Virus record (IMG/VR): IMGVR_UViG_2740892370_000009
Direction: 5' to 3' (one strand)
Length of the DNA: 4,707 nucleotides
Source: a virus
Taxonomy: Duplodnaviria; Heunggongvirae; Uroviricota; Caudoviricetes
Position 1 is the first letter of the stretch. Every line of letters begins with the position of its first letter. A program made the position numbers and the translations under genes. Shown here piece after piece: positions 1-4,707 of the stretch. The notes beneath the pieces are model-generated. The model was not told where the DNA came from and made no database searches. It saw nothing but the letters and a program-made list of their open reading frames with translations.

Positions 1-2
1 GA

Positions 3-749
3 GTGGCGCTAAACGCGGGGGCATCATCGACAGTATCAGAGGTGCGCCCTTCATCGCCTTCCGGTGCAGAAGCCACAGGCGTCACAACACTGCTCTCTTA
101 CCTTGCCAGCGAGTCAGAGGGAAGCCTGAAAGTACAGGGATGGTCAGCCAGTGGCGGCAGGGCAGAAGTGGTCAGCGATGCGGAGGGAACCGGAGGTAAG
201 GCAGTGAAGCTGACCAAGGAGGCCGGTAAAAGCAGCTGGGTGCTGGAGTACGCCGCGGGCAACGGTGCGGCTCTGTTACAGAAAGGGGGGCAGATTCGCT
301 GCCGCTTTAAGGTTTCGGGAGCGCTGGCTGCGAACCAGTATGTTATGGCGTTTTACTGGCCGGTCTCTTCACTGCCACAGGGCGTTGCCCTGACCGGAGA
401 CGGGGGGAATAACCTGCTGGCAGCGTTCTACATCCAGACAGATGCAAAAGACCTGAATGTGATGTACCACAATGCGAAAGTGGCGACAAACAACCTGAAA
501 CTGGGAACCTTTGGCGCATTTGATAACGAATGGCATACGCTGGCTTTCCGCTTTGCCGGGAATAACAGCCTTCAGGTGACGCCGGTTATTGATGGTCAGG
601 ATGGCACACCGTTCACGCTGACGCAGTCACCGGTCAGTGCCTTTGCGGCGGATAAACTGCATGTGACAGACATTACCAGAGGTGCGACTTACCCGGTACT
701 GATAGACAGCATTGCGGTGGAAGTGAACAGCACAGACACTGCGGCATGA
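3..749 (+). CDS. C-terminal 248 aa of a large late-region protein, 5'-truncated by the window edge; possibly the C-terminal domain of the NanS-p-like esterase family ORF that sits between Q/stx and the lysis genes in Stx-type prophages
   Basis: Open frame running from the window edge with no start codon, ending at TGA 747-749. Gly/Ala/Thr-rich soluble sequence with no hydrophobic segments. The position directly upstream of the holin module matches the large late ORF of Stx-type lambdoid phages. The family assignment is from synteny and memory, not a computed match. Confidence 0.7.
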   Translation: MALNAGASSTVSEVRPSSPSGAEATGVTTLLSYLASESEGSLKVQGWSASGGRAEVVSDAEGTGGKAVKLTKEAGKSSWVLEYAAGNGAALLQKGGQIRCRFKVSGALAANQYVMAFYWPVSSLPQGVALTGDGGNNLLAAFYIQTDAKDLNVMYHNAKVATNNLKLGTFGAFDNEWHTLAFRFAGNNSLQVTPVIDGQDGTPFTLTQSPVSAFAADKLHVTDITRGATYPVLIDSIAVEVNSTDTAA

Positions 750-884
750 TAAAAAAACCGCCATCGACAGGAATGGACGCTGGCGGTGGTGATACCTATG
801 GAGAAAAAATAAAGGAACGATACTTTCGTACTCTGGTTTTTTAATGAAAACAGTTCTTATTGTCAACAATAACGGAAAGAAATT

Positions 885-1064
885 ATGACATTTCTGAACC
901 AGTTAATGCTGTACTTCTGTACGGTGGTCTGTGTGCTGTATCTCCTTTCGGGTGGGTACAGGGCCATGCGTGACGTCTGGCGCAGACAGATTGACAAAAG
1001 GGCCGCTGAGAAAATCAGCGCCAGTCAGTCAGCCGGAAGCAAACCCGAAGAGCCGCTCATTTAG
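885..1064 (+). CDS. Small 59-aa protein with an N-terminal hydrophobic helix and a charged C-terminal tail (hypothetical small membrane protein); too short to appear in the supplied ORF track
   Basis: ATG 885-887 preceded by GGAAAGA (875-881). Hand translation: MTFLNQLMLYFCTVVCVLYLLSGGYRAMRDVWRRQIDKRAAEKISASQSAGSKPEEPLI, stop TAG 1062-1064. A hydrophobic stretch (LMLYFCTVVCVLYLL) followed by a basic/acidic tail is typical of single-pass phage membrane peptides. Confidence 0.45.
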   Translation: MTFLNQLMLYFCTVVCVLYLLSGGYRAMRDVWRRQIDKRAAEKISASQSAGSKPEEPLI

Positions 1065-1104
1065 CGGCAACTTTCTTAATCACACCTTTCGACGAGAAAA
1101 TCCC

Positions 1105-1377
1105 ATGTCAGAAATTACATCCCTGGTCACTGCTGAGGCAGTGAAGGAAGTCCTGCGCTCTGAAGAAGTCCTGAGTGCACTGAAACAAAAACTTCGCCAT
1201 AACCTGGAAGCGCGTCTTGATGCAGAGGTTGATGCCATTCTGGATGAGCTGCTTGGTGTACAGGCAGAGCCACCGACTGAAGCGGGAGATACCACCGCAG
1301 AGAGCGGTGAAGTTCAGCCTGAATCACCGGTCGCCGATGCGACTGAACCTCAACCCGAATCGGTCATGATGCTGTAA
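1105..1377 (+). CDS. Hypothetical acidic 90-aa protein ([52 protein letters not shown]...), predicted helical N-terminus and an acidic Pro/Glu-rich C-terminus
   Basis: Internal ATG at 1105 of the 931..1377 track ORF. The upstream extension (MCCISFRVGTGPC...) overlaps the 885..1064 ORF and looks non-protein-like, so the shorter start is preferred. Weak SD-like GAGAAAA at 1094-1100. Stop TAA 1375-1377. Confidence 0.5.
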   Translation: MSEITSLVTAEAVKEVLRSEEVLSALKQKLRHNLEARLDAEVDAILDELLGVQAEPPTEAGDTTAESGEVQPESPVADATEPQPESVMML

Positions 1378-1388
1378 CGGGGAGTCAG

Positions 1389-1418
1389 GGCCATCAGTAA
1401 ACAGCTGCTGGCCTTTTT
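1389..1418 (+). terminator. Putative intrinsic terminator / attenuator hairpin immediately upstream of the holin gene
   Basis: Stem GGCCATCAG (1389-1397) pairs with CTGCTGGCC (1405-1413), 9 bp with one mismatch, around a 7-nt loop, followed by TTTTT (1414-1418). It lies 36 nt upstream of the holin start. Confidence 0.45.
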
Positions 1419-1453
1419 CATGTTGTGAGCTTCCGGATTGCGGGAGACGGGGT

Positions 1454-1669
1454 ATGTACCAGATGGAAAAAATCACAACAGGTGTGTCATACACCACGTC
1501 AGCGGTGGGAACGGGCTACTGGTTCCTGCAGTTGCTGGACAGGGTTTCCCCGTCTCAGTGGGCGGCAATAGGCGTGCTGGGGAGTCTGCTGTTTGGGCTG
1601 CTGACATATCTGACGAACCTGTATTTCAAGATTAAAGAAGACCGGCGTAAGGCGGCACGGGGAGAGTAA
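1454..1669 (+). CDS. S: Pinholin, phage 21 S21-like, with dual-start motif (71-aa antiholin form from ATG 1454; 68-aa holin form from ATG 1463)
   Basis: RBS GGGAGA (1442-1447) 6 nt upstream of ATG 1454. N-terminus MYQMEK gives Met1 and Met4, the S21 71/68 arrangement. Two transmembrane domains: a weakly hydrophobic Gly/Ser/Thr/Ala-rich TMD1 ([22 protein letters not shown]) and a strongly hydrophobic TMD2 ([23 protein letters not shown]), with a basic C-terminal tail ([13 protein letters not shown]). Stop TAA 1667-1669, 4 nt before the endolysin start. Confidence 0.9.
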   Translation: MYQMEKITTGVSYTTSAVGTGYWFLQLLDRVSPSQWAAIGVLGSLLFGLLTYLTNLYFKIKEDRRKAARGE

Positions 1670-1673
1670 GCTG

Positions 1674-2207
1674 ATGAGCAGGAAACTCCGCTATGGTTTA
1701 TCGGCTGCCGTTCTGGCGCTGATTGCCGCAGGTGCTTCTGCGCCTGAAATCCTCGACCAGTTTCTGGATGAAAAGGAAGGTAACCACACCACGGCATACC
1801 GTGATGGTGCGGGTATCTGGACCATCTGTCGTGGTGCCATTCTGGTGGATGGTAAACCTGTCGTTCCGGGCATGAAGTTGTCGAAGGAAAAATGCGACCG
1901 GGTTAACGCCATTGAGCGTGATAAGGCGCTGGCATGGGTGGCGAAAAACATCAAAGTGCCACTGACTGACCCCCAGAAAGCGGGTATTGCGTCATTCTGT
2001 CCTTACAACATTGGCCCAGGTAAGTGTTTCCCGTCGACGTTTTATAAACGAATTAATGCAGGAGATCGAAAAGGTGCCTGCGAAGCGATTCGCTGGTGGA
2101 TTAAGGACGGTGGCAGAGACTGCCGTATTCGCTCAAATAACTGTTATGGTCAGGTATCCCGTCGTGACCAGGAGAGCGCTCTGGCGTGCTGGGGAATCGA
2201 CAGATAA
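1674..2207 (+). CDS. R: SAR (signal-anchor-release) endolysin, T4-lysozyme-like muramidase (GH24), phage 21 R21 type
   Basis: RBS GGAGAG upstream of ATG 1674. N-terminus MSRKLRYGLSAAVLALIAAGASA is a basic cap plus an Ala/Gly-rich weakly hydrophobic segment, i.e. a SAR domain. Glu35, Asp44 and Thr50 (EGNHTTAYRDGAGIWT) fall exactly at the T4-lysozyme/R21 catalytic triad positions. There is no Cys in the SAR segment, which suggests the R21-type mechanism and not the P1 Lyz disulfide-isomerisation type. Stop TAA 2205-2207. Confidence 0.92.
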   Translation: MSRKLRYGLSAAVLALIAAGASAPEILDQFLDEKEGNHTTAYRDGAGIWTICRGAILVDGKPVVPGMKLSKEKCDRVNAIERDKALAWVAKNIKVPLTDPQKAGIASFCPYNIGPGKCFPSTFYKRINAGDRKGACEAIRWWIKDGGRDCRIRSNNCYGQVSRRDQESALACWGIDR

Positions 2208-2315
2208 GCAGAATATTTTGCTGAAAAATGACGTTGGCCAGCGCGGGCGGATAACACGAAATCCTGCGAACTGGCAAAATGTAAGTGAATAAAGTTAGGC
2301 AGATTATTTCACGCA

Positions 2316-2347
2316 GAGGCACCGTAATGGTGCCTTTGTCATTTCTG
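2316..2347 (+). terminator. Terminator-like hairpin in the R-ant intergenic region
   Basis: AGGCACC (2317-2323) pairs with GGTGCCT (2329-2335) around loop GTAAT, with a possible extra G-U pair (2316/2336), followed by the U-rich tract TTGTCATTTCTG. The T-run is interrupted, so termination efficiency is uncertain. Confidence 0.35.
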
Positions 2348-2481
2348 CGCTTCGCACAAGCGTAAATAAACCAAAGAACCTTTCAGGATGAGCCCTGGTG
2401 GATAACCGGCAGTGGTCTGGTTAACCCTCTTTGGGCTGGTTATTCCTGTGCGCAGGGTTCATCACTAAAAGGAAATAACCG

Positions 2482-3051
2482 ATGAATATGATGACCGTGC
2501 CGTTTCACGGCGATTCTCTTTATGTGGTTAACCATAACGGCGAACCATACGTTCCCATGAAACCTGTCGTTGCGGGGATGGGGCTGGCCTGGCAATCACA
2601 GTTGGCTAAGTTAAGACAGCGTTTTGCGTCAACTATAACGGAAATCGTTATGGTTGCTGAGGATGGGAAACGACGCAATATGGTGTCCCTGCCGCTTCGA
2701 AAACTTGCAGGCTGGTTACAAACCATCAATCCCAACAAAGTAAAACCCGAAATCCGCGGCAAGGTAATCCAGTATCAGGAAGAGTGTGACGATGTTCTCT
2801 ATGAATACTGGACGAAGGGTTTTGTCGTTAATCCCCGTCGAATGAGTGTGATGGAAGAACTCAATCAGGCTTGCGCTGACATGAAACGGGATAAAAACAT
2901 TGCCAGTGTGTTTGCTACCGGGCTGAATGAGTGGAAACAGGTTAAATCCGCGCATGTATCAAAAATCCGCACATTGATAAACGAAGCGAATCTGCTGATT
3001 GATTTTGTCCTGGCTGATACAGACAAAGGGAAAATAACAAAGGCGGATTGA
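2482..3051 (+). CDS. Phage antirepressor-like protein (Ant N-terminal-domain-like, AntA/P22_AR_N-type), 189 aa, embedded between endolysin and spanin genes
   Basis: RBS AAGGAA (2469-2474) 7 nt upstream of ATG 2482. Soluble protein with no hydrophobic segments. The N-terminal motif MTVPFHGDSLYVV..GEPYVPMKPVVAGMGLAW..QLAKL is what I recall for the N-terminal domain of phage antirepressor (Ant) proteins, and this gene position (between R and Rz) is known from Stx-type prophages. The family call is from memory, not a computed search. Confidence 0.75.
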   Translation: MNMMTVPFHGDSLYVVNHNGEPYVPMKPVVAGMGLAWQSQLAKLRQRFASTITEIVMVAEDGKRRNMVSLPLRKLAGWLQTINPNKVKPEIRGKVIQYQEECDDVLYEYWTKGFVVNPRRMSVMEELNQACADMKRDKNIASVFATGLNEWKQVKSAHVSKIRTLINEANLLIDFVLADTDKGKITKAD

Positions 3052-3200
3052 TGGAGTGGTGGCTAATGATATCGGATAAACTCATAACGCTGGCGAAGAT
3101 CCTCTGTGTAATCGTCGGCATTTCATTTTTAGTCATTCTGGTTGCCATTTTCTTTTCCACCGCTTGGCGAGTCCTGACGTTATCGGGACTGGTGGGGTGA
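3051..3200 (+). CDS. Candidate small hydrophobic membrane protein (49 aa; alternative start at ATG 3066 gives 44 aa)
   Basis: Its ATG (3051-3053) overlaps the ant stop TGA (3049-3051) in an ATGA coupling arrangement. Hand translation: MEWWLMISDKLITLAKILCVIVGISFLVILVAIFFSTAWRVLTLSGLVG, stop TGA 3198-3200, 7 nt before the Rz start. One strongly hydrophobic helix. It fills what would otherwise be a 156-nt gap in a tightly packed cassette. Below the ORF-track size cut-off. Confidence 0.4.
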   Translation: MEWWLMISDKLITLAKILCVIVGISFLVILVAIFFSTAWRVLTLSGLVG

Positions 3201-3207
3201 AAGAGAG

Positions 3208-3675
3208 ATGAACCGTGTTCTGTGTGTGGTGATTATTGTCCTGCTGGTAGCCTGTGGTGCACTTAGTCTGGGGCTGAATCATTACCGCGATAACGCCATA
3301 ACCTACAAAGAGCAGCGCGATAAAAAAGTCAGTGAGCTGGAGCTGGCAAATGCAACCATTACTGATATGCAGCAGCGCCAGCGTGATGTTGCTGCACTTG
3401 ATGCCAGATACTCGAGGGAATTAGCCGATGCGAGAGCTGAAAATGAAACTCTGCGTGCTGATGTTGCCGCTGGTCGTAAGCGCCTGCGCATCAACGCCAA
3501 CTGTCCAGGCTCCTTGCGTAAAGCCCCCATCACCTCCGGCGTGGATAATGCAACCGGTCCCCGACTGGCAGAAGCCGCTGAACGGGATTATTTCATCCTC
3601 AGAGAACGGCTGATGGCAATGCAGAAGCAACTGGAAGGAGCACAGGAATATATCCGTACCCAGTGTATACCGTGA
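3208..3675 (+). CDS. Rz: Rz inner-membrane spanin (i-spanin), 155 aa
   Basis: N-terminal transmembrane helix (MNRVLCVVIIVLLVACGALSLGL) followed by a long charged, predicted coiled-coil periplasmic domain (QRQRDVAALDARYSRELADARAENETLRADVAAGRKRLRI...). Contains an out-of-frame embedded lipoprotein gene, as lambda Rz does. Stop TGA 3673-3675. Confidence 0.9.
   Translation: MNRVLCVVIIVLLVACGALSLGLNHYRDNAITYKEQRDKKVSELELANATITDMQQRQRDVAALDARYSRELADARAENETLRADVAAGRKRLRINANCPGSLRKAPITSGVDNATGPRLAEAAERDYFILRERLMAMQKQLEGAQEYIRTQCIP
3428..3613 (+). CDS. Rz1: Rz1 outer-membrane lipoprotein spanin (o-spanin), 61 aa, embedded in the +1 frame of Rz
   Basis: MRELKMKLCVLMLPLVVSACAS has a signal peptide with lipobox V-S-A-C. 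The mature part is Pro-rich (CVKPPSPPAWIMQPVPDWQKPLNGIISSSENG), closely resembling lambda Rz1 as I remember it. It lies entirely inside Rz (3208-3675) in a different frame. Translation may start at ATG 3428 or ATG 3443. Confidence 0.85.
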   Translation: MRELKMKLCVLMLPLVVSACASTPTVQAPCVKPPSPPAWIMQPVPDWQKPLNGIISSSENG

Positions 3676-4138
3676 TGTTTTGTTACGAAGGTGTTACTGG
3701 TAACGTTAAGGTAATTTAACAAAGAGTCAGTTCCGGACTTTATAGTGTGCTCAGTTCATGGCCAAAAACGATTTCTGTGATAAATATTTTGAATATTATT
3801 TACAGGTAAATGGAGTGGGGCGCATGGATAGAAATATTACAATAGAGTATGAAGTATATGCCCGTATTGTATGGGCAGAGAAGGCAAAAACATGGTAATT
3901 CCGTGTGTTGCCATGATACCTGATTGGCAGAATTGTTGTTTGGTTTTGAGTATATAGTCAGCGTCTTTTGTTCGGTAATTGCTCTTTCAATTAAAATGCC
4001 AGATATGATTTGCTTTTCTTTGTTGTTTAGTTTTTTTGTATATTATTTTTATTGTTTTTATATAATTAGTTTTTTATTGTTGTCTTATTAAGGACGGTAA
4101 ATTCAGGATGGCAGTCTGTAGATAAACGGAGGTTACTT
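3676..4138. promoter_or_regulatory. AT-rich non-coding island (about 460 bp) upstream of the PerC-like gene; probable promoter / H-NS-type silencing region of a horizontally acquired moron
   Basis: No ORF of 61 aa or more on either strand. Composition shifts sharply from the flanking genes: 4021-4080 has only 7 G/C in 60 nt. Contains T-tract/A-tract repeats (e.g. TTTTTATTGTT recurring at about 4044 and about 4071) typical of curved DNA. The downstream gene has its own strong SD. Exact -35/-10 boxes cannot be assigned confidently by eye. Confidence 0.45.
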
Positions 4139-4453
4139 ATGCTACATGATCACCTGGCAGAATGTCTGGAGAAAAAAGGACTGTACCGGAGAGCAGCTGA
4201 ACGATGGGCAAAAGTGATGGTACAGCTAAGTGATGACCAGAAAAGAAAAGTGGCGGCACAGAAACGAGCAGAGTGTTTGCGTAAGGCGCGCCGGACTCCG
4301 GTTTCACCGGTGAACCTGACCGAAATAAAACAAGCGGTCAACAGACTACATTCTGAGTTGGGAATGGGATTTGAAGAGCGGCGGGTATTCCGACGATATA
4401 AAGGGACAGGAGAACAGAATACGTCCGGAAACGCGCGGTCAAAAAAATGCTAA
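4139..4453 (+). CDS. PerC-family-like transcriptional regulator (Pch-like prophage-encoded regulator), 104 aa, basic
   Basis: Strong RBS GGAGG (4128-4132) 6 nt upstream of ATG 4139. Small, highly basic protein (MLHDHLAECLEKKGLYRRAAERWAKVMVQLSDDQKRKVAAQKRAECLRKARR...). Size, charge and the RAAERWAKV-type N-terminal motif match what I recall of PerC/Pch regulators, which in enterohaemorrhagic E. coli are carried on lambdoid prophages downstream of the lysis genes. Stop TAA 4451-4453. Product assignment is moderate confidence; the CDS itself is well supported. Confidence 0.7.
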   Translation: MLHDHLAECLEKKGLYRRAAERWAKVMVQLSDDQKRKVAAQKRAECLRKARRTPVSPVNLTEIKQAVNRLHSELGMGFEERRVFRRYKGTGEQNTSGNARSKKC

Positions 4454-4490
4454 AAAATATCTGAGAGAGTTATTGCCTGTTACCATAAGA

Positions 4491-4516
4491 AAAAGCGACT
4501 TTAGTGGTCGCTTTTT
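4491..4516. terminator. Putative bidirectional intrinsic terminator downstream of the PerC-like gene
   Basis: AAAAAGCGAC (4490-4499), loop TTTAGTG, GTCGCTTTTT (4507-4516): a short GC stem (GCGAC/GTCGC) flanked by an A-run on one side and a T-run on the other, so it is symmetric and could terminate in either direction. Confidence 0.45.
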
Positions 4517-4678
4517 GTGTCATATATAAGTCGTTTAAGTAAACCTGTCTGAACAGGTGCTCTGGTCGTGTTTGTCTTTGTTGGGTACAAATTGAGAATA
4601 TTTTTCATTAATTAATCTTCTTCTGCAGGCTTCAATAACCCACGCTTAGACTGGCCCCCTGAATCTCCAGACAACCAG

Positions 4679-4698
4679 TATCACTTAAATAAGTGATA
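4679..4698. repeat. Perfect 8-bp inverted repeat with 4-bp spacer (TATCACTT-AAAT-AAGTGATA); candidate protein-binding site
   Basis: Read directly from the sequence at the 3' end of the window. The dyad symmetry is typical of a dimeric DNA-binding-protein operator. Its context is cut off by the window edge. Confidence 0.4.
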
Positions 4699-4707
4699 GT
4701 CTTAATA

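Larger units (their letters stand above)
1..4707 (+). mobile_element. Lambdoid prophage late region (lysis cassette plus downstream moron); part of a larger prophage extending beyond both window edges
   Basis: Co-linear + strand order of late ORF, pinholin, SAR endolysin, ant-like gene, Rz with embedded Rz1, then an AT-rich island with a cargo gene. This order is typical of phage-21/Stx-type lambdoid phages between the Q/late-promoter region and the packaging genes. No integrase or att site lies in the window, so the element boundaries are not visible. Confidence 0.85.

Noticed and set aside
627-869. Minus-strand ORF, 80 aa
   Set aside because: Overlaps the 3' end of the + strand late ORF in antisense and spans the intergenic hairpin. 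Arg/His-rich low-complexity translation typical of a shadow ORF.
860-888. Possible sigma-70 promoter (TTGTCA at 860-865) upstream of the 59-aa ORF
   Set aside because: No acceptable -10 hexamer at 16-18 bp spacing; the candidate overlaps the start codon. Late genes are expected to be transcribed from an upstream Q-dependent promoter.
1080-1327. Two minus-strand ORFs (1080..1295 and 1127..1327)
   Set aside because: Antisense to the 1105..1377 + strand ORF; Ser/Arg-rich translations with no RBS. Shadow ORFs.
931-1377. Long form (148 aa) of the track ORF, starting at ATG 931
   Set aside because: The N-terminal extension (MCCISFRVGTGPCVTSGADRLTKGPL...) is Cys/Arg-rich and non-protein-like, has no RBS, and overlaps the better-supported 885..1064 ORF. 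The internal ATG at 1105 is the preferred start.
1438-1635. + strand ORF, 65 aa, in an alternate frame overlapping the pinholin gene
   Set aside because: The pinholin frame gives a textbook two-TMD holin; the alternate frame gives a Gly/Val-rich non-specific peptide. Frame artefact.
1555-1954. Minus-strand ORFs 1555..1797 and 1691..1954
   Set aside because: Antisense to the pinholin and SAR-endolysin genes, which have strong intrinsic support (RBS, catalytic triad). Shadow ORFs.
1987-2322. + strand ORF 1987..2292 and minus-strand ORF 2101..2322
   Set aside because: 1987..2292 overlaps the endolysin 3' half in another frame and runs into the intergenic region with no RBS. 2101..2322 is antisense to the same region. 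Neither shows recognisable protein features.
2520-3160. Minus-strand ORFs 2520..2762, 2716..2955 and 2942..3160
   Set aside because: All antisense to the ant-like gene or the small TM ORF; no RBS; low-complexity translations.
3303-3630. Minus-strand ORFs 3303..3533 and 3421..3630
   Set aside because: Antisense to Rz/Rz1, a region already dual-coding on the + strand. Ala/Ser/Arg-rich shadow translations.
3676-4138. Search for a bor-like lipoprotein gene on the minus strand downstream of Rz, as in phage lambda
   Set aside because: No ORF of 61 aa or more on either strand in this interval. The only + strand ATG-initiated frame I found (3824, 24 aa, MDRNITIEYEVYARIVWAEKAKTW) is too short and lacks an RBS. 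The region is treated as non-coding regulatory DNA.
4150-4341. Minus-strand ORF, 63 aa
   Set aside because: Antisense to the PerC-like gene, which has a strong SD and a coherent basic-protein sequence.
1-4707. Checked for tRNA genes, CRISPR repeats, IS-element terminal inverted repeats, and Shiga toxin or other toxin genes
   Set aside because: No cloverleaf-compatible segments, no regularly spaced direct repeats of 25-40 bp, no transposase-like ORF, and no ORF resembling stxA/stxB. If this is an Stx-type prophage the toxin locus would lie upstream of the window.

Overview
The window reads as the late/lysis region of a lambdoid enterobacterial prophage of the phage-21 / Stx-phage type, with every supported gene on the + strand. 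In order: the 3' end of a large late-region ORF running in from upstream (3..749), two small ORFs, a dual-start pinholin (S21-like), a SAR endolysin with an E35/D44/T50 catalytic triad (R21-like), an antirepressor-like gene sitting inside the lysis cassette, a 49-aa membrane-protein ORF coupled to it, the Rz/Rz1 spanin pair with Rz1 embedded in the +1 frame, then a strongly AT-rich non-coding island followed by a 104-aa basic PerC-family-like regulator (a moron-type cargo gene) and a hairpin terminator. I see no rRNA, tRNA, CRISPR array, IS element or toxin gene. I do not see evidence for a wholly novel system: the modules are recognisable phage lysis and moron modules. The least explained parts are the antirepressor-like insertion with its structured upstream intergenic region, the small membrane ORF between ant and Rz, the two small ORFs upstream of the holin, and the AT-rich leader of the PerC-like gene. 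All family assignments come from reading the translations against remembered family features, not from a database search.
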